A stretch of DNA of 63,677 nucleotides, the filler included, from Octopus bimaculoides (taxonomy: Eukaryota), in assembly GCF_001194135.2 (NCBI RefSeq). It is 5 parts of 5 records of this genome, joined end to end, with 100 filler letters (N's around TTAATTAATTAA, not from the genome) between each part and the next. Parts side by side here need not be neighbours in the genome. Positions count along the whole stretch, not along the records: positions 29,825 to 53,864 come from NC_068990.1; 4 more parts are not named here. One strand, written 5' to 3'. Both the position numbers and the translations under genes were made by a program. Shown here piece after piece: positions 38,068-51,300 of the stretch. The first letter of the stretch is position 1. Every line of letters begins with the position of its first letter. Below the pieces are notes generated by a model. The model made no database searches. It saw only the letters and a list, made by a program, of their open reading frames with translations, and was not told where the DNA came from.

Positions 38068-38439
38068 ACAATCACTGGCTAGGGATGAGAAGTGATTCTG
38101 AATACGAAATACTATATGCTTTTTCTTGCAACAAACCATCGCTGATCTTGAAAAAGGAGAAACAAGCAATAATAAATTTCTGAGCGAGATGTAAACAGTA
38201 GCAGCACGACACCATGAAGTATATTTGCCACCTAAATGTGGCTGACCCATATGAGACGATGCTACTGTAGTTTATAGCCCCAGGAAGATATCTCCTCCAG
38301 CTGCTCCTCGTGCTGCTACTTGCTCAGAGATTTATTATTGCTTGTTTCTCCTTTTTCGAGATCAGCGAAGGTTTGTCACTGGAAAAACCATATAGTATTT
38401 TGCATTTGGAATCACTTCTCATCCCTAGCCTGTGATTGT

Positions 38440-38484
38440 TACATGATGATGATGGGTTACTACCCAGAAAACTGGGTCCATGTG
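38440..38484 (+). ncRNA. Minimal type I hammerhead ribozyme motif, mutated core
   Basis: UACAUG-aUGAUGA-UGGG UUACUA CCCA-GAAA-aCuGG-GUC|CAUGUG. Stem I (6 bp) and stem II (4 bp) pair; C3 and two stem III bases are substituted; predicted cleavage after 38478. Confidence 0.65.
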
Positions 38485-39608
38485 CATCACATCAGGCTAG
38501 AGATGGGAACGATGATTTCTCTTCGCAAATACTGATCAGGCACAGACAGTGTGTCATTACCCAGCTGGAGGAGATGTCCTCCTAGGGCTATAAACTACAG
38601 TAGCATCATCCCATATGGGTCAGCCACATTTAGGTGGCAAATATACTTCACGATGTAATGCTGCTACTGTTTACATCTCGCTCAGAGATTTATTATTGCT
38701 TAATATTAATAAGATTTGTACTTCAGTTGTATGGAAAGGCAAGTGAATATTGTGAAGCATTTAGTTTAGAGTTTTCTATTTTGATTGTGAACCATGGATA
38801 ACCATGATAACTGTGGCTGCCACTGCATTGCTTATGTTTTGGAATTAGATGCTTGCAGTTCATTGCTGCAAGTGGATGCATATGCACTTATTAACAGCTA
38901 GAATCACTGGACCATTGATATATGTGATACTGCCCAGTAATGAGGACAATATTTGAACCGCCGAGTCCTTCTAGTATTCAAACATTAATTTTATTCTCTT
39001 GTGGCATGTATGGAAATGTGAAAGTGAGAGTATGCGGTATTCGTATCATTCTCCAAAATATCAGTAGTTTGATAGGAAGGGAAATAGCCTAGACTGGGAA
39101 TTGAAATCAGCCAGAAGAGAAACTGTTCAGCTGAGAGAAAGTACAGAACGTTTTAAGTATTCCACCTTTGAGAAAAATACTGGAAACATTGAAGATGAAA
39201 ATACAATAGTAAGAAAAAAATCAACAAAACAATTACATAAATAAATAAAAGAAACATGAATAAATAAAACAAACAATATTAAAACAAACACAAAGAACAT
39301 TTCTTATAGTTAGATGGAACAGGGGTGGATATAAAGAGTATAGAGGTGGAGAGCTGCAATGTAAAGAGATGGAATATATGAAGATAGAAAGGGTAGATGT
39401 GAAAGGAAGGGATGGGTAGATGTGAAATATATAAAGTAAGCATGAAATGTAAAAACTGAAGAATTCCATAAAAGAATGAGAAACAAAACCTGATTGGAAT
39501 CTGAAGATATTGTAGTGGTGAATATGAGAGATGGAGTGTGTGTATGTATGTACATGTATCTATGCATTTGTGTATGATTTATGAATATGTGCAATATTGT
39601 GCATATGT

Positions 39609-39649
<41 letters not shown>

Positions 39650-40084
39650 CAAAATAAAAGTTCAGATATTTTATCTGATCAAGACAGTTTAAAAGTCAAA
39701 TTGTGTGTGGAATACAATATGTGTATATATGTATGTATGTATACATATATTTTTGCATGTGAGTATATATATATTATTTATGTGTATATATATAAATAAA
39801 ATTATATTTTATGCATGTGTGTGTTTACATATATATATATATATATATANNNNNNNNNNNNNNNNNNNNNNNNNNNNNNNNNNNNNNNNNNNNNNNNNNN
39901 NNNNNNNNNNNNNNNNNNNNNNNNNNNNNNNNNNNNNNNNNNNNNNNNNNNNNNNNNNNNNNNNNNNNNNNNNNNNNNNNNNNNNNNNNNNNNNNNNNNN
40001 NNNNNNNNNNNNNNNNNNNNNNNNNNNNNNNNNNNNNNNNNNNNNNNNNNNNNNNNNNNNNNNNNNNNNNNNNNNNNNNNNNNN

Positions 40085-40130
<46 letters not shown>

Positions 40131-41073
40131 TATACAATGTTCTGTTGGTGCATGCCTCTCAATCTGTTTATCACTGAATAGTAGTAGTATGTGTTTGTGT
40201 GAGTATATGTGTGTTTCTGTGTATGTGTGTGAGTGTGTTTACATATTAGCCAAACACTCTGCATTGCTCATTTCTCTTCACTATTGATTCAATGATTGTT
40301 ATCATTATTCCTCTAATTCTGCACAACTGCTGCAATACATGCAACGACTGTGCTGCTGACATCAGCAGATCGCAACATTAGTGTATCCTTACAAAATATC
40401 AAATGTTATAGCTTCTTTTTTTTTGCTGTTGTTGTTCTTATTGTTATATTGGTAAATGAAAACAGATTCTGTCCCCCTTCCTCACCACCATCTACATTCA
40501 GTTATTTCTTTTGTGTTTCTCTTTAAAAAGCAAATAAAAATATATTTCAATTTATTTAAAATGATAATTCCATTTGGAATATATTTCCAGCATAATTTTC
40601 GAGTGAAAGTCTGTGCTATATTTTGCCATCTCTTGAATTGAAACAATGATCTTGGAAATAGTCCAGCAGCTAGGTTAGTGGGGAGAAATTAAATGGATTG
40701 GTTTCCACTGACGGAAGTGTGGTTTAAGTTGAGGAAACAGATATTTAATGAAATAAAAAGGAAGAAATAAAACCAAATCAAAGCAAACACTTCTGTTGAC
40801 TGTAGAAGAAGGGATAGATATAAAAATGGTTTGCAGAGATATAGGAATTGTACAAAGATAGTAATAATGGAAGAAAATTTATAGAAATAGATGTATAGAT
40901 TGAGATAGAAATACCAAACGAAAACTGATTAATTTAATGCTGTTGAATTTGTTAGTATCATTTTAAGGTTAAATATTAAAAATTCGTTATTAGTGACTGA
41001 AGTAGTCTTATTTAATGTGGATTTACTGTAGAAAGCCACACAACTGTGGTATTTGTCTGAAGAAAGCATTTTG

Positions 41074-41296
41074 TATGAGGGGAGTGCTGTAAAGTCTCTG
41101 GCTTTGAGTAAAAGAAAATACAGGAGGATCACTTAGTTATGATTTTATTGAACATATTCTCCTCTCAGATTCACACACTTGTTACAGTGGTCCTTTAGTT
41201 TTTCTAATCCCATAAAAGAACTTGAAAGTTTGGGCCTCAAACCAAGCCTTTCGTAATGCCCTTAAAGCCAGGAACTTTTCTGCAACCCCTCTTGTA
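41074..41296. mobile_element. Mariner-type MITE, second copy
   Basis: Colinear with 34449-34668; degenerate TIRs and TA ends. Confidence 0.8.
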
Positions 41297-41450
41297 TATG
41301 TAAAAAGCTCAGAAGAATCCCTGCTGCTTCTGGACAATTTTTATTAATGTAAAGCATTACCATTGTTTTATTAATGTAAGGTATCACCATTATTAATGTA
41401 AGGCATCACCAACAATGAGTAAGAATTACATAGAATATACTCTTTAGTCA

Positions 41451-41823
41451 GTGGAGGCGCAATGGCCCAGTGGATAGGGCAGCGGACTCGCGGTTTCGAT
41501 TCCCAGACCGGGCGTTGTGAGTGTTTATTGAGCAAAAACACCTAAAGCTCCACGAGGCTCTAGCAGGGGATGGTGACGAACCCTGCTGTACTCTTTCACC
41601 ACAACTTTCTCTCACTCTTACTTCCTGTTTCTGTTGTGCCTGTATTTCAAATGGCCAGCATTGTCACACTCTGTGTCACGCTGAATATCCCCGAGAACTA
41701 TGTTAAGGGTACACCTTTCTGTGGAGTGCTCAGCCACTTGCACGTTAATTTCATGAACAGGCTGTTCCATTGATTGGATCAACTGGAACCCTCGACGTCG
41801 TAAGCGACGGAGTGCCAACAACA
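41451..41823 (+). mobile_element. SINE family A, full length, with 12-bp TSD
   Basis: TSD actctttagtca at 41439-41450 and 41824-41835; near-identical to 125-510. Confidence 0.92.
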
Positions 41824-42607
41824 ACTCTTTAGTCATGCAAGGCAACCCTTTCATGACCAGTGTCACAATAAGCAGCTCTCTGCACCCTCTGTATTGTGAT
41901 TTCTGATAAGAAGAGCATTCAGCTATAAAAACCATGTTAAACAGAATATTTGAGGGAAATGTGGTCCTTCAACCTGTCTAAGAGGATAGCAACTTTAAAT
42001 AAGAACTGACCTATCCCATGATAATCGATGCCTAACAAATAAAGTGATGATATTTACTAATAGAGGTGCCACTCCACCTCTTCAACCATTGTTACTGTTT
42101 CTCATACCATCTACTGCTAACATGAAGACTATTTACAGAATAGCCATTATTTTTATTGCCACCAGCCTTTCTAACTCTATCCCTATCTTCATTAAATAAC
42201 TCAATGTTGAATCAATGATGGAAACTCTGTGTAGTTACTTGATCTAGAAGAAATAATACCCAAATCTTCCTGTAATTACAACCTTTTGAATTCAGACAGA
42301 AAGGATATATAGGTTAGCACAATCTCAAAGATGGTATGATTATGGATGGAATTCTTTAAATTCCTTTGATCATGGATCTAATGGAATTTGGAGTTATATA
42401 ACAGTTACAACAGAATATAAGATGCCATAAGTAGATGTGAAATATTTGCATGGATAATGTACTTAATAATTAGCTTATTGACCTTCACTTCAAAACTACT
42501 GGAGGCTTTGTTGTGTATATGGAAAGTATCAATTTATCTACCTGTTAAAAATAGATACCACATCATCTGGCAGTTTCATCAGGATCATATCTAACCTGCA
42601 ACATTGA

Positions 42608-42800
42608 GATCATATCTGGCATGTGTTGTCAGGGCCCTATTTGGCCTATGTTACTGGGACCATATCTGGTTTGTGTTAATGGACCATATCTAGTTCATGT
42701 TATTGAGACCTTATTTGGCCTGTGTTAATGGGACCATATCTGGCCTGTGTTATTGGGACCATATCTGGCCTGTGTTATTGGGATCACTCAGCCTATGTTA
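42608..42800. repeat. 25-bp minisatellite (gggaccatatctggcctgtgttatt), ~7-8 degenerate units
   Basis: Seen directly. Confidence 0.85.
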
Positions 42801-44981
42801 CAAGAAAGATAGCATATTCAAGAAAACATTTATCTCTCATCTACTTAATGTTATGAAACAGTATTAGCAACAAAGGCAGAATTATCAAACATCAAAGAGT
42901 GAAATATCTACAAATGGATTGTCAACTCATCACAGATTAAATTAATCTTTTGCTATATTAATGCAGGTTTATAATATTTTTATGATAAATATTTCTATAT
43001 GATATCAATACCTTCTGTTTTTCTCAGCCTTTGCAAAAACAGGTGTATTGTTGCATTGGAACAGTTGGGTTACGAAAAATTGGATTTTTAAATGCACTTA
43101 TTCTTGACAATGTTTTTTTTTTAATAATCTGAAAATCAAGGGTGGTAATCTATAGCGTGTGCAGTGGCTTAACTGCAGCATTTGTGTTATCAAAATGTGG
43201 CCTTTGCCAGATTAAGTATGGCTTTTGCAGTGCCTAAAAGTATTCTATATCATACTTAAGCCTGGATTTTCCTTAAATATTACACTGGCTTGGTTTTTAT
43301 TCTATAGTATTATATTTGATTAAATAATTTAGTAGAAATTGAATTAACTCCTGCAAAATCTGAGCTCAGTACACAGACATACAGAACTCTATGGTACTAC
43401 TGTACAGAATTTATTATGCAAGCTAGATTCTTATTATATGAGTTACTCTCTCTCCTTGTAGAGAGGAACAATGAGTTCGATGAAGTAAATGAAATATGGA
43501 AATATCTCCAAAACCTGATAGTAGGCTTGAATATATTATTTTATTCCATTGTGTATCTCAAAATCTGTTTTGTGCTGTCCCAAAGAATGTATTTTACATA
43601 AAAAATCTTTCCTATCTATTTGTTATATTTCAGGAGGGACATTTTTTTATTTTTTGGTAAAAAAAAAAAAGAAAAAATGCCTATCCTGAAATATAACAAT
43701 ATCTGTTTCAATACACGGTTTCACATCAGGAATCTTGTTCTTTATCATCCTTTTCTATGATAGGACATGTATTGCAAATATATACTTCTACTAGTATATT
43801 TGATAGGTTTGCCCCACTATCTCTTTGACTGTAAGAACTGCTTACCAATCTTTGATATGAAATATAAAAGTAGTAATGGCTGCTTATAGAATAGTAAAAC
43901 TGTAAGCTGAAAAAGACGGGTAACTTTATTGGAACAATACATTGAGGATGTCTGACGGGTGATATTGGGGGAGAACAGAGAAAGCAGTATGGATAGATGT
44001 TAGGCTGGAATGCTTCATAGATTAGATAACACAAGATTGTGAAGAATGTATTGAATTGTAAATCCACACAGCTCATATCAACATATAAAAGCAGATGTGA
44101 AAATCATTGCTTCAGTAGGGTAGAATAACAGCTCTCTCATCAATGTTGTGCTCTTTTGGTATTCAACAGTTAACCAGTTTCATATTGCTTTATAAATACT
44201 GTAGTATAGGAGGGGGTAATTAACAGCCATTGATTCAGTTCTTGGAGCTATTGATAGGGGACATATTGATTCCTAAGTCATCAGTTTTTGGTGATATAAT
44301 ATACAACAGATCAAGTCTGTGCTTCTCTGATGAACTAAAGTGTTACAGAACATTACCATTTTTTTTGTTTTGTTTGGTTAGAGGAAAGAAAAAGGCAATG
44401 TCCATGACCTTTTCTTTGAAGGTAACTTTGTGGTGAAGATAGGAAGTTTTCCTCAAACAAAGGACCTGGCTTGAATGATTAAGTCCACCACTCAAGAAAA
44501 GAACCAATCCCTCAGATGGGATCTACAGAGTTTTGACCAAATTTCAATCAGAAGGCTTTTGTGAATTTCTACAGACTTTCTGAGATTTGTTTGTGTCGTT
44601 ATATTATTTTTTATTTCTGTTGGCATTTAGTGGAGCAGGATGTCGTTTATTAGCAGAATTGTCTTAATATATGCGTTTGCTCACAGATCTAATTCCTTTA
44701 CTTCAAGCATACAAAATCTCCTATTGCTTGATATTTACACTGAAATTTTCTATCAGTGCTCTGACTAACCATGTGAATATACATTTAATTTCATCTCCTT
44801 TCAACCATTATCAAATGCTAGCCTTACTGCCCAAGCTGGAGGTTTCACCTTTTCCCTTCAATACATTGTGCAAAAAAATGGCTGCCAAAAGTTTTATATC
44901 AATAACAGAAAAAATCTAAAGATAAATTTATGAAAGATAATTCTAATATATTGTATGATGGCTTATATAAGAATTGGAAAT

Positions 44982-45024
<43 letters not shown>

Positions 45025-45760
45025 NNNNNNNNNNNNNNNNNNNNNNNNNNNNNNNNNNNNNNNNNNNNNNNNNNNNNNNNNNNNNNNNNNNNNNNNNNNN
45101 NNNNNNNNNNNNNNNNNNNNNNNNNNNNNNNNNNNNNNNNNNNNNNNNNNNNNNNNNNNNNNNNNNNNNNNNNNNNNNNNNNNNNNNNNNNNNNNNNNNN
45201 NNNNNNNNNNNNNNNNNNNNNNNNNNNNNNNNNNNNNNNNNNNNNNNNNNNNNNNNNNNNNNNNNNNNNNNNNNNNNNNNNNNNNNNNNNNNNNNNNNNN
45301 NNNNNNNNNNNNNNNNNNNNNNNNNNNNNNNNNNNNNNNNNNNNNNNNNNNNNNNNNNNNNNNNNNNNNNNNNNNNNNNNNNNNNNNNNNNNNNNNNNNN
45401 NNNNNNNNNNNNNNNNNNNNNNNNNNNNNNNNNNNNNNNNNNNNNNNNNNNNNNNNNNNNNNNNNNNNNNNNNNNNNNNNNNNNNNNNNNNNNNNNNNNN
45501 NNNNNNNNNNNNNNNNNNNNNNNNNNNNNNNNNNNNNNNNNNNNNNNNNNNNNNNNNNNNTATATATATATATATATATATGTATGTATATGTGTGTTTG
45601 TATATCTATATATATATATATATGTATGTATATGTGTGTATGTATATCTATATATATGTATATATATATGTGTGTATGTATATCTATATATATGTATATA
45701 TATATGTATGTATGTATATCTATATATATGTATATATGTGTATGTATATATATGTGTATG

Positions 45761-45791
<31 letters not shown>

Positions 45792-46111
45792 ATGTATGTA
45801 TGTATGTATGTATATATATGTATGTATGTATATAACTTACTTTAAAAAATTTTTTGTGGTATTTCTGGGTAGGAGAAATGTTATGATTGCTATATTTTTG
45901 AACTTCTCCTATTTGACCTTCAAATCTTGATAATGGAACTGAGAAGAAATGACAGTATTTAGATTTATTTCTATATAAATTTTAAATAAGATGTTTCTCT
46001 TTCTCTCTTTTTTCCCTTCCTTTTTTTTTTAACCAAACTTCATTTGAATCTTTTCATAATCAGGAATAAAAAAAAGTTGAAAAGCTAACAGAAATATTCT
46101 TTGACTTGATT

Positions 46112-46138
46112 TCATTATTATTATTACTACTATTATTA

Positions 46139-46194
<56 letters not shown>

Positions 46195-46195
46195 T
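46112..46195. repeat. (TTA)n microsatellite
   Basis: Seen directly. Confidence 0.95.
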
Positions 46196-47095
46196 AAATT
46201 TGGACAATAGTAACAAAATGTCATGTTAAATTCTAAGTTATAAATAGATAACACAATCTAATTGAAATTTATGAAAGAAAAAGAGAAAATTAATACAAAA
46301 AAGACGAATTAACAAAAAAAAAAAAAATTCCTTAGGCCATTCAATTAACTCTTTTCATTTGAATCTACATTGATTTAGAAAAGGAGAGGAAAAAAAAATA
46401 CCTATTGTTGTCTTTATTATTATGACACACTGTTGTCTAGAGGTAAAGTCTGCCTCACTGCTTCAGTTCTGGTCATAACAATTTCACATCACTCAAATTG
46501 GAAATATTCTTGGGAAGGAATAAATGTTACACAATCCCTGTTCTCTCCCCCTCTCTCTCTGTGTCTGTCTGTCTCTCTCACTCAAATCTGATATTTTGCT
46601 CCCCTCTAAATGGTAAAAATAGTCGACTAGCAGACAGAGTACCCTGAAGTATTTACATCCCTTTATGCTTAAGAGTTGGTTAAATTCAAGGTGCTCACTA
46701 CCTGAGTTTGTGACATTCAGCTTCAGTTGGAGATTCTCACACATGTATTTCCCTGAGCCAATATGGATTGAATGGGTCTCATGATGACAAAGTGCATTTC
46801 ATCACACCACCAACTCTATAAAGTTTTAGGTAACCAGTCAAAAGTGTCTGTTTCCATCCTGTATCACCTAATAAAATGTTTACAATGAAGCTGAACTTCC
46901 AGATGTTGTGGATACAATCACTTAAAGATAATCATTTTCTTAGTTAAGACAGTGATCTTGGGTCTTCCTTATTTTTTTTCCATTATATATTGTATAGGTC
47001 TGGAAAAAGGAGCTGTGTCCATGACCTTTGTAGGTCTTCTGATTATGTCATCACAGTTAAGTAAAATCGCTGTCTTTCACACATATATGTCCTTT

Positions 47096-47350
47096 CAGGT
47101 GCTGGTGCCGCTTAGAAGGGCACCCATGACAATGCTGCATTAATGTACCCATGCCAGTGGCTCATAAAATGCATCCAGCACACTCTGTAAAGTGGTTGGT
47201 ATTAGGAAGAGCATCCAGCCGTAGGAACCATACCACAACAGACAATTGGAGTCTGGACAGCTCCCAGCTGGCCAGTTCAATGTCAAACCGTCCAACTCAT
47301 GCTAGCAAGGAAAGCAGACATTAAACAACAATGATGATGATGATAATGAT
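47096..47350 (+). mobile_element. Interspersed repeat family F with (GAT)n tail
   Basis: Similar to the reverse complements of 30985-31255 and 52185-52375. Confidence 0.7.
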
Positions 47351-48399
47351 GAGTTGATATTCTAAATGAACAGTAGAAAGTTGACAGCTGCAGTATAAAC
47401 GTGTTGGGAGGAGATTGCAGAAGGCCAATACTCTGGAGATGAATTACTAGAAGTAATGGTTAATGTGTGCCTGGGGTTATGTGCTGGCAGTGGTGGACAC
47501 AGTGTGGGTAAGGTGAAGGAGAGAGATGAGTGAGTTGGGAAGGTGTAAATGAAGCCAGTGGTATGCATCTCTGAGATAAGGACTAAAAGAAAGTACAGTA
47601 CGTGCGTTGCAGACATTGAAATGTGTTGGTGACTGATTTCATGGTGATCCTTTCTTTGACTGATCTTTCTTTTGAGGTTTGTGTAATGTAGGAGCACCAT
47701 CTCAGATGTGGGAGCAGTGCTCCACTGGAATTAGATGACAAGATTTTGCCTGGTAATAATGTTGATTGATTGAGACAGTCAACACCTCTCACTTGCTTAC
47801 TTCATAGTGGCTGAAAGATTTGTTTTTACCTTTTCAAGCTTTAGTTGCAATTAAGAAATATCTAGAACCATACTTGTTAGACAGTACATCACAGTGTTTA
47901 TGTAGGTATGCTGTGTTTCTTTTTTTAAATACAATTTAGAAACCTCATATAATGGTTGAGCATCTTGAAAAATCTTGTTATTCATAATTTTCTTATACAC
48001 AAATATAACTAACAAAATAAGTAAATAATAGGTTTTCTATATTATTTTCTAATTTAACTTTAAAACATATTTTCTTTTAACTTTCTGGTTGAACAGTGTT
48101 TTACATCTGTTTTTCCATGCTAGCACAGGTTAGATGAACATATTGTTGAGGCATTGTTCTATAGCCAGATACCTTTCCTGTCACTAACCCTTACGTTTCC
48201 AAACAAGGGATCTCTTAATTTATTTGTCATTGCAGTTGTGAAGTTAGTGGACAGTTTGTTGACAGAAGTAACAAAGACAATGCCATTTATAGCATGCAAC
48301 TTTTGTAGAGTGTAAATGTAAACAAGTACACATGCATACGTGGACACACATATATACTTCTCTGTCCACCAGACTATCAGACTTATATATTGCTGGTCA

Positions 48400-51300
48400 C
48401 TGTCTACTTCTAGTCATTCTTTGCTTGTTCCCTTCTCTGCAAATTGGGTCTGAATTTCTATTCTTTTTTTACAATGGTATCTTCCTACCATCTTGGAGGT
48501 TTTCTGAGTAATCTCATCCAATTTCTAGGATAGCACTCAACAACTGCATGAGTTCATCTGTGAGCTTTGCAACATGTCCAGCTTAGTGGAACTCGTATTT
48601 TCAGTATTCTGCTATCACATTGTTCCCTCCCCCCACTCCATTCTCAAATTACCTCATTTCAGATATGCTTCCACTATGATATTTCTATGGCCAACAGTAT
48701 CATAGCCAGTCATTGTTCTTCCTTCTTTGCAGTAGCCCATGTCTCACTTGAAAAAAATTATCATACAAGGTTTTACCCAGCTGTGCTTTATGCACATCTT
48801 TAATTGTAGCCCAGGCCTTTTATTCTTTTTTCACTCTGCATGAGATTTCAGTGTTCATGTTTCAGTACAGTTTTACTGTCTGTTCCAAGTGGATGTACAC
48901 CTTCATCTCCTCTACTTTCATCACATCCCATACTATGTGGCCTTATGCTGCTACATTTTCAGTGCATTTATTTTGAGGCTTACTACTGAACTCTGGGTAC
49001 TCAGCTTTGTCATTACAGTCTGCAAGCTAATCTGGAGTTCCTACAATAAACACAATGTTGTCTACAAATTGGAGTAATGTTACCAGCTCGTCACTAATGT
49101 TGATGCCACCTACTCAATCACTGTTTTTGATGATCATTTCAAGCTATGTGGTAAAGAGATTTGGAGATATGATATCTCCTCACTTGATGCTCTTTCTGAC
49201 TGGAACTCCAAAGTGCAGTGACAGTAAAGCTATACCAGTGGTACCTCCTTGAGAAGGTCGATGTATTGTTCCTCGATTCCTTGTGTTTCCATTTTCAGGC
49301 AATGTGAAGAGGCAGCTGATACACTTTCATATATTCTAGAAGCCATGTTAGTGTGACTATTTGGTATATGCTGTAGTTCTTCTAAAAACCTGTGTGTTCC
49401 CTTGGCTCTTGAATGTCAAGATATTTCAACAGTCTGTGACTACGACCATTGAAAATAACTTGTAGAAGTGAGACAAGAAGTATTTAAGGTAATACTTCCC
49501 CAGGTCTTTCCTATCACTAGTCTTGTAAAGTATGACAATCTTTTACTCCTTCCACTATAAGAGTATCGTTATCTCTTAAATATTGATTATAACTTGGAAT
49601 GAGAATTCTCCAAGGTACTCTCTTCCATTCTTGAGCATTTGTCCTTTTCCAACCTTTGTATTGAAATCTCCTATCACAAAAATGTAAGAAGATTTGTGAG
49701 TTAGGATTTATTCCAAGTGCTGATAGAATTTTTTTCTTCCTTACAAGTAGGAACATAGATCTGGATGATCTTAAGCATGGTATTTTCTGAAAGATAAATA
49801 TTAAGCACTCTGATGGATGATGAAGACAAATTGCAGGATATGACTAGTAGTATTGTCTATGCTTGAAATTGCCCAACATAATCAGTCATATTCTTTTATT
49901 TAAACATAAGAATATTATTACCCATCTACTGTATCACTGAACAGTACCTAAGCTTGGTCATATCTTTGATATTTTAACACTATAATATAACTTAGATAAC
50001 TACAAATCTTACATTGCTTAATGACATTGTACTTCTCTGACATTGCACAATATTAGTAATTTTCTATTGCTCTGATATTATTCAATATGACAGATCACAT
50101 TATTATTCTATTCTGTTGCTTCACAGAATTGAGGCAGTACCTGGTTTTAATTATGATTTTTATTGAACCACAACTCAAGAAGCATTTTGCATTTTCTATA
50201 TAAAACTTTGTTCTTCATATCTGTCCTTACTGTCCAGATAATTCCCGTTGAATCTAATATTAATGTTTTCTGCACTGCCTTGATTTCCAGTTAAGATCAA
50301 GGCTTAGTGAATTTGTTATCAGATATTTTTCCTTCCCCGTCCCCAAGGTCCCAATAATTACCTGCAGTAACACAGTCTTGTTGATTTTTGATAATTCCAT
50401 ATTTCAAATTCATACAATATTCTACTTTTTCCTTTTTCTTTCTTTTTACTCCTGTGTCAAATGAATTCACCACATTGATTTTGATTACTACGTACAGTTT
50501 CTTCTTGTCAATGACTATAGTACCTGGTTTCTTGTATTCTATTATTAGTTTGAATTATGTTGGAAAGTTCCTCAAAAACCTCACTTCATCATTTTCAAGA
50601 GTTTATGTTTCTATCTCCACAAAATGGTAAAAATTTAAGCAAATTATTGCATTAATCATATTATGTCTTCTTAACTTTTTGTATTCATTGAGCCAACTGG
50701 ACATTACAATACAATGTTAGCTATGGTGATCAGTGTTGCTGCTCTATTGTTCTCTTGATTCAATTTACCCTACGTCTTGTTCTTATGCTGCCAACATAAT
50801 TCCCTTTGAAGTTGCTTTCTTTAACCCATTACCTACCAGTGATCTCATATGAGATCACTTAAATATTACAAATTTCGTAATTATCTCTCAATATTTACAC
50901 ATATCTCACCTTTTTGCTATATCTACTAGGTATATTTCTCTGATATTCAAATGAGGTTTGCTAATTTTTCACCCAATATCTTGCTTATTTCTATTTAAAT
51001 TGTTATTTTGAAATGTTATTTTGATCATTCCAGCGTGTTTCTAAGGCTGTTTTATGCTAGAAATCAAAGTTTCATTAAAAAAATTCCAGTTAATAGAATT
51101 ATGGGAGGTAATGGGTTAATACTCCTTTCTTTAGCCATAACCAGCTAACAGCATGAAGTTTCTTTCCATCAGAGTTTTTCTGTTTTTCTTCTTTTTCTAT
51201 TTGTGGGTTCTGTGCATTCTGTAAATAGTCTTTCACTTTTTACTTTCTTAAGGAGTATATCTTCTGGATATGAGCAAACTCCATAGAGTTCTGAAATTGT

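Larger units (their letters stand above)
38029..38700. mobile_element. Hammerhead-containing, retrozyme-like non-coding element (~358-nt unit): inverted copy plus permuted tandem copy
   Basis: 38029-38207 is the inverted match of 38309-38478. 38165-38303 is the inverted match of 38562-38700 (about 10 differences in 139 nt by hand). The segment at ~38311-38342 recurs at ~38659-38700. A hammerhead core is present in both copies. Confidence 0.7.

Noticed and set aside
38023-38535. Two paralogous-looking ORFs (75 and 71 aa) on opposite strands
   Set aside because: They are the two copies of the retrozyme-like unit; start and stop positions differ and the conserved feature is RNA structure.
42608-42800. 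CRISPR-like regular repeats
   Set aside because: Contiguous 25-bp minisatellite without unique spacers, in a eukaryotic context with no cas genes.
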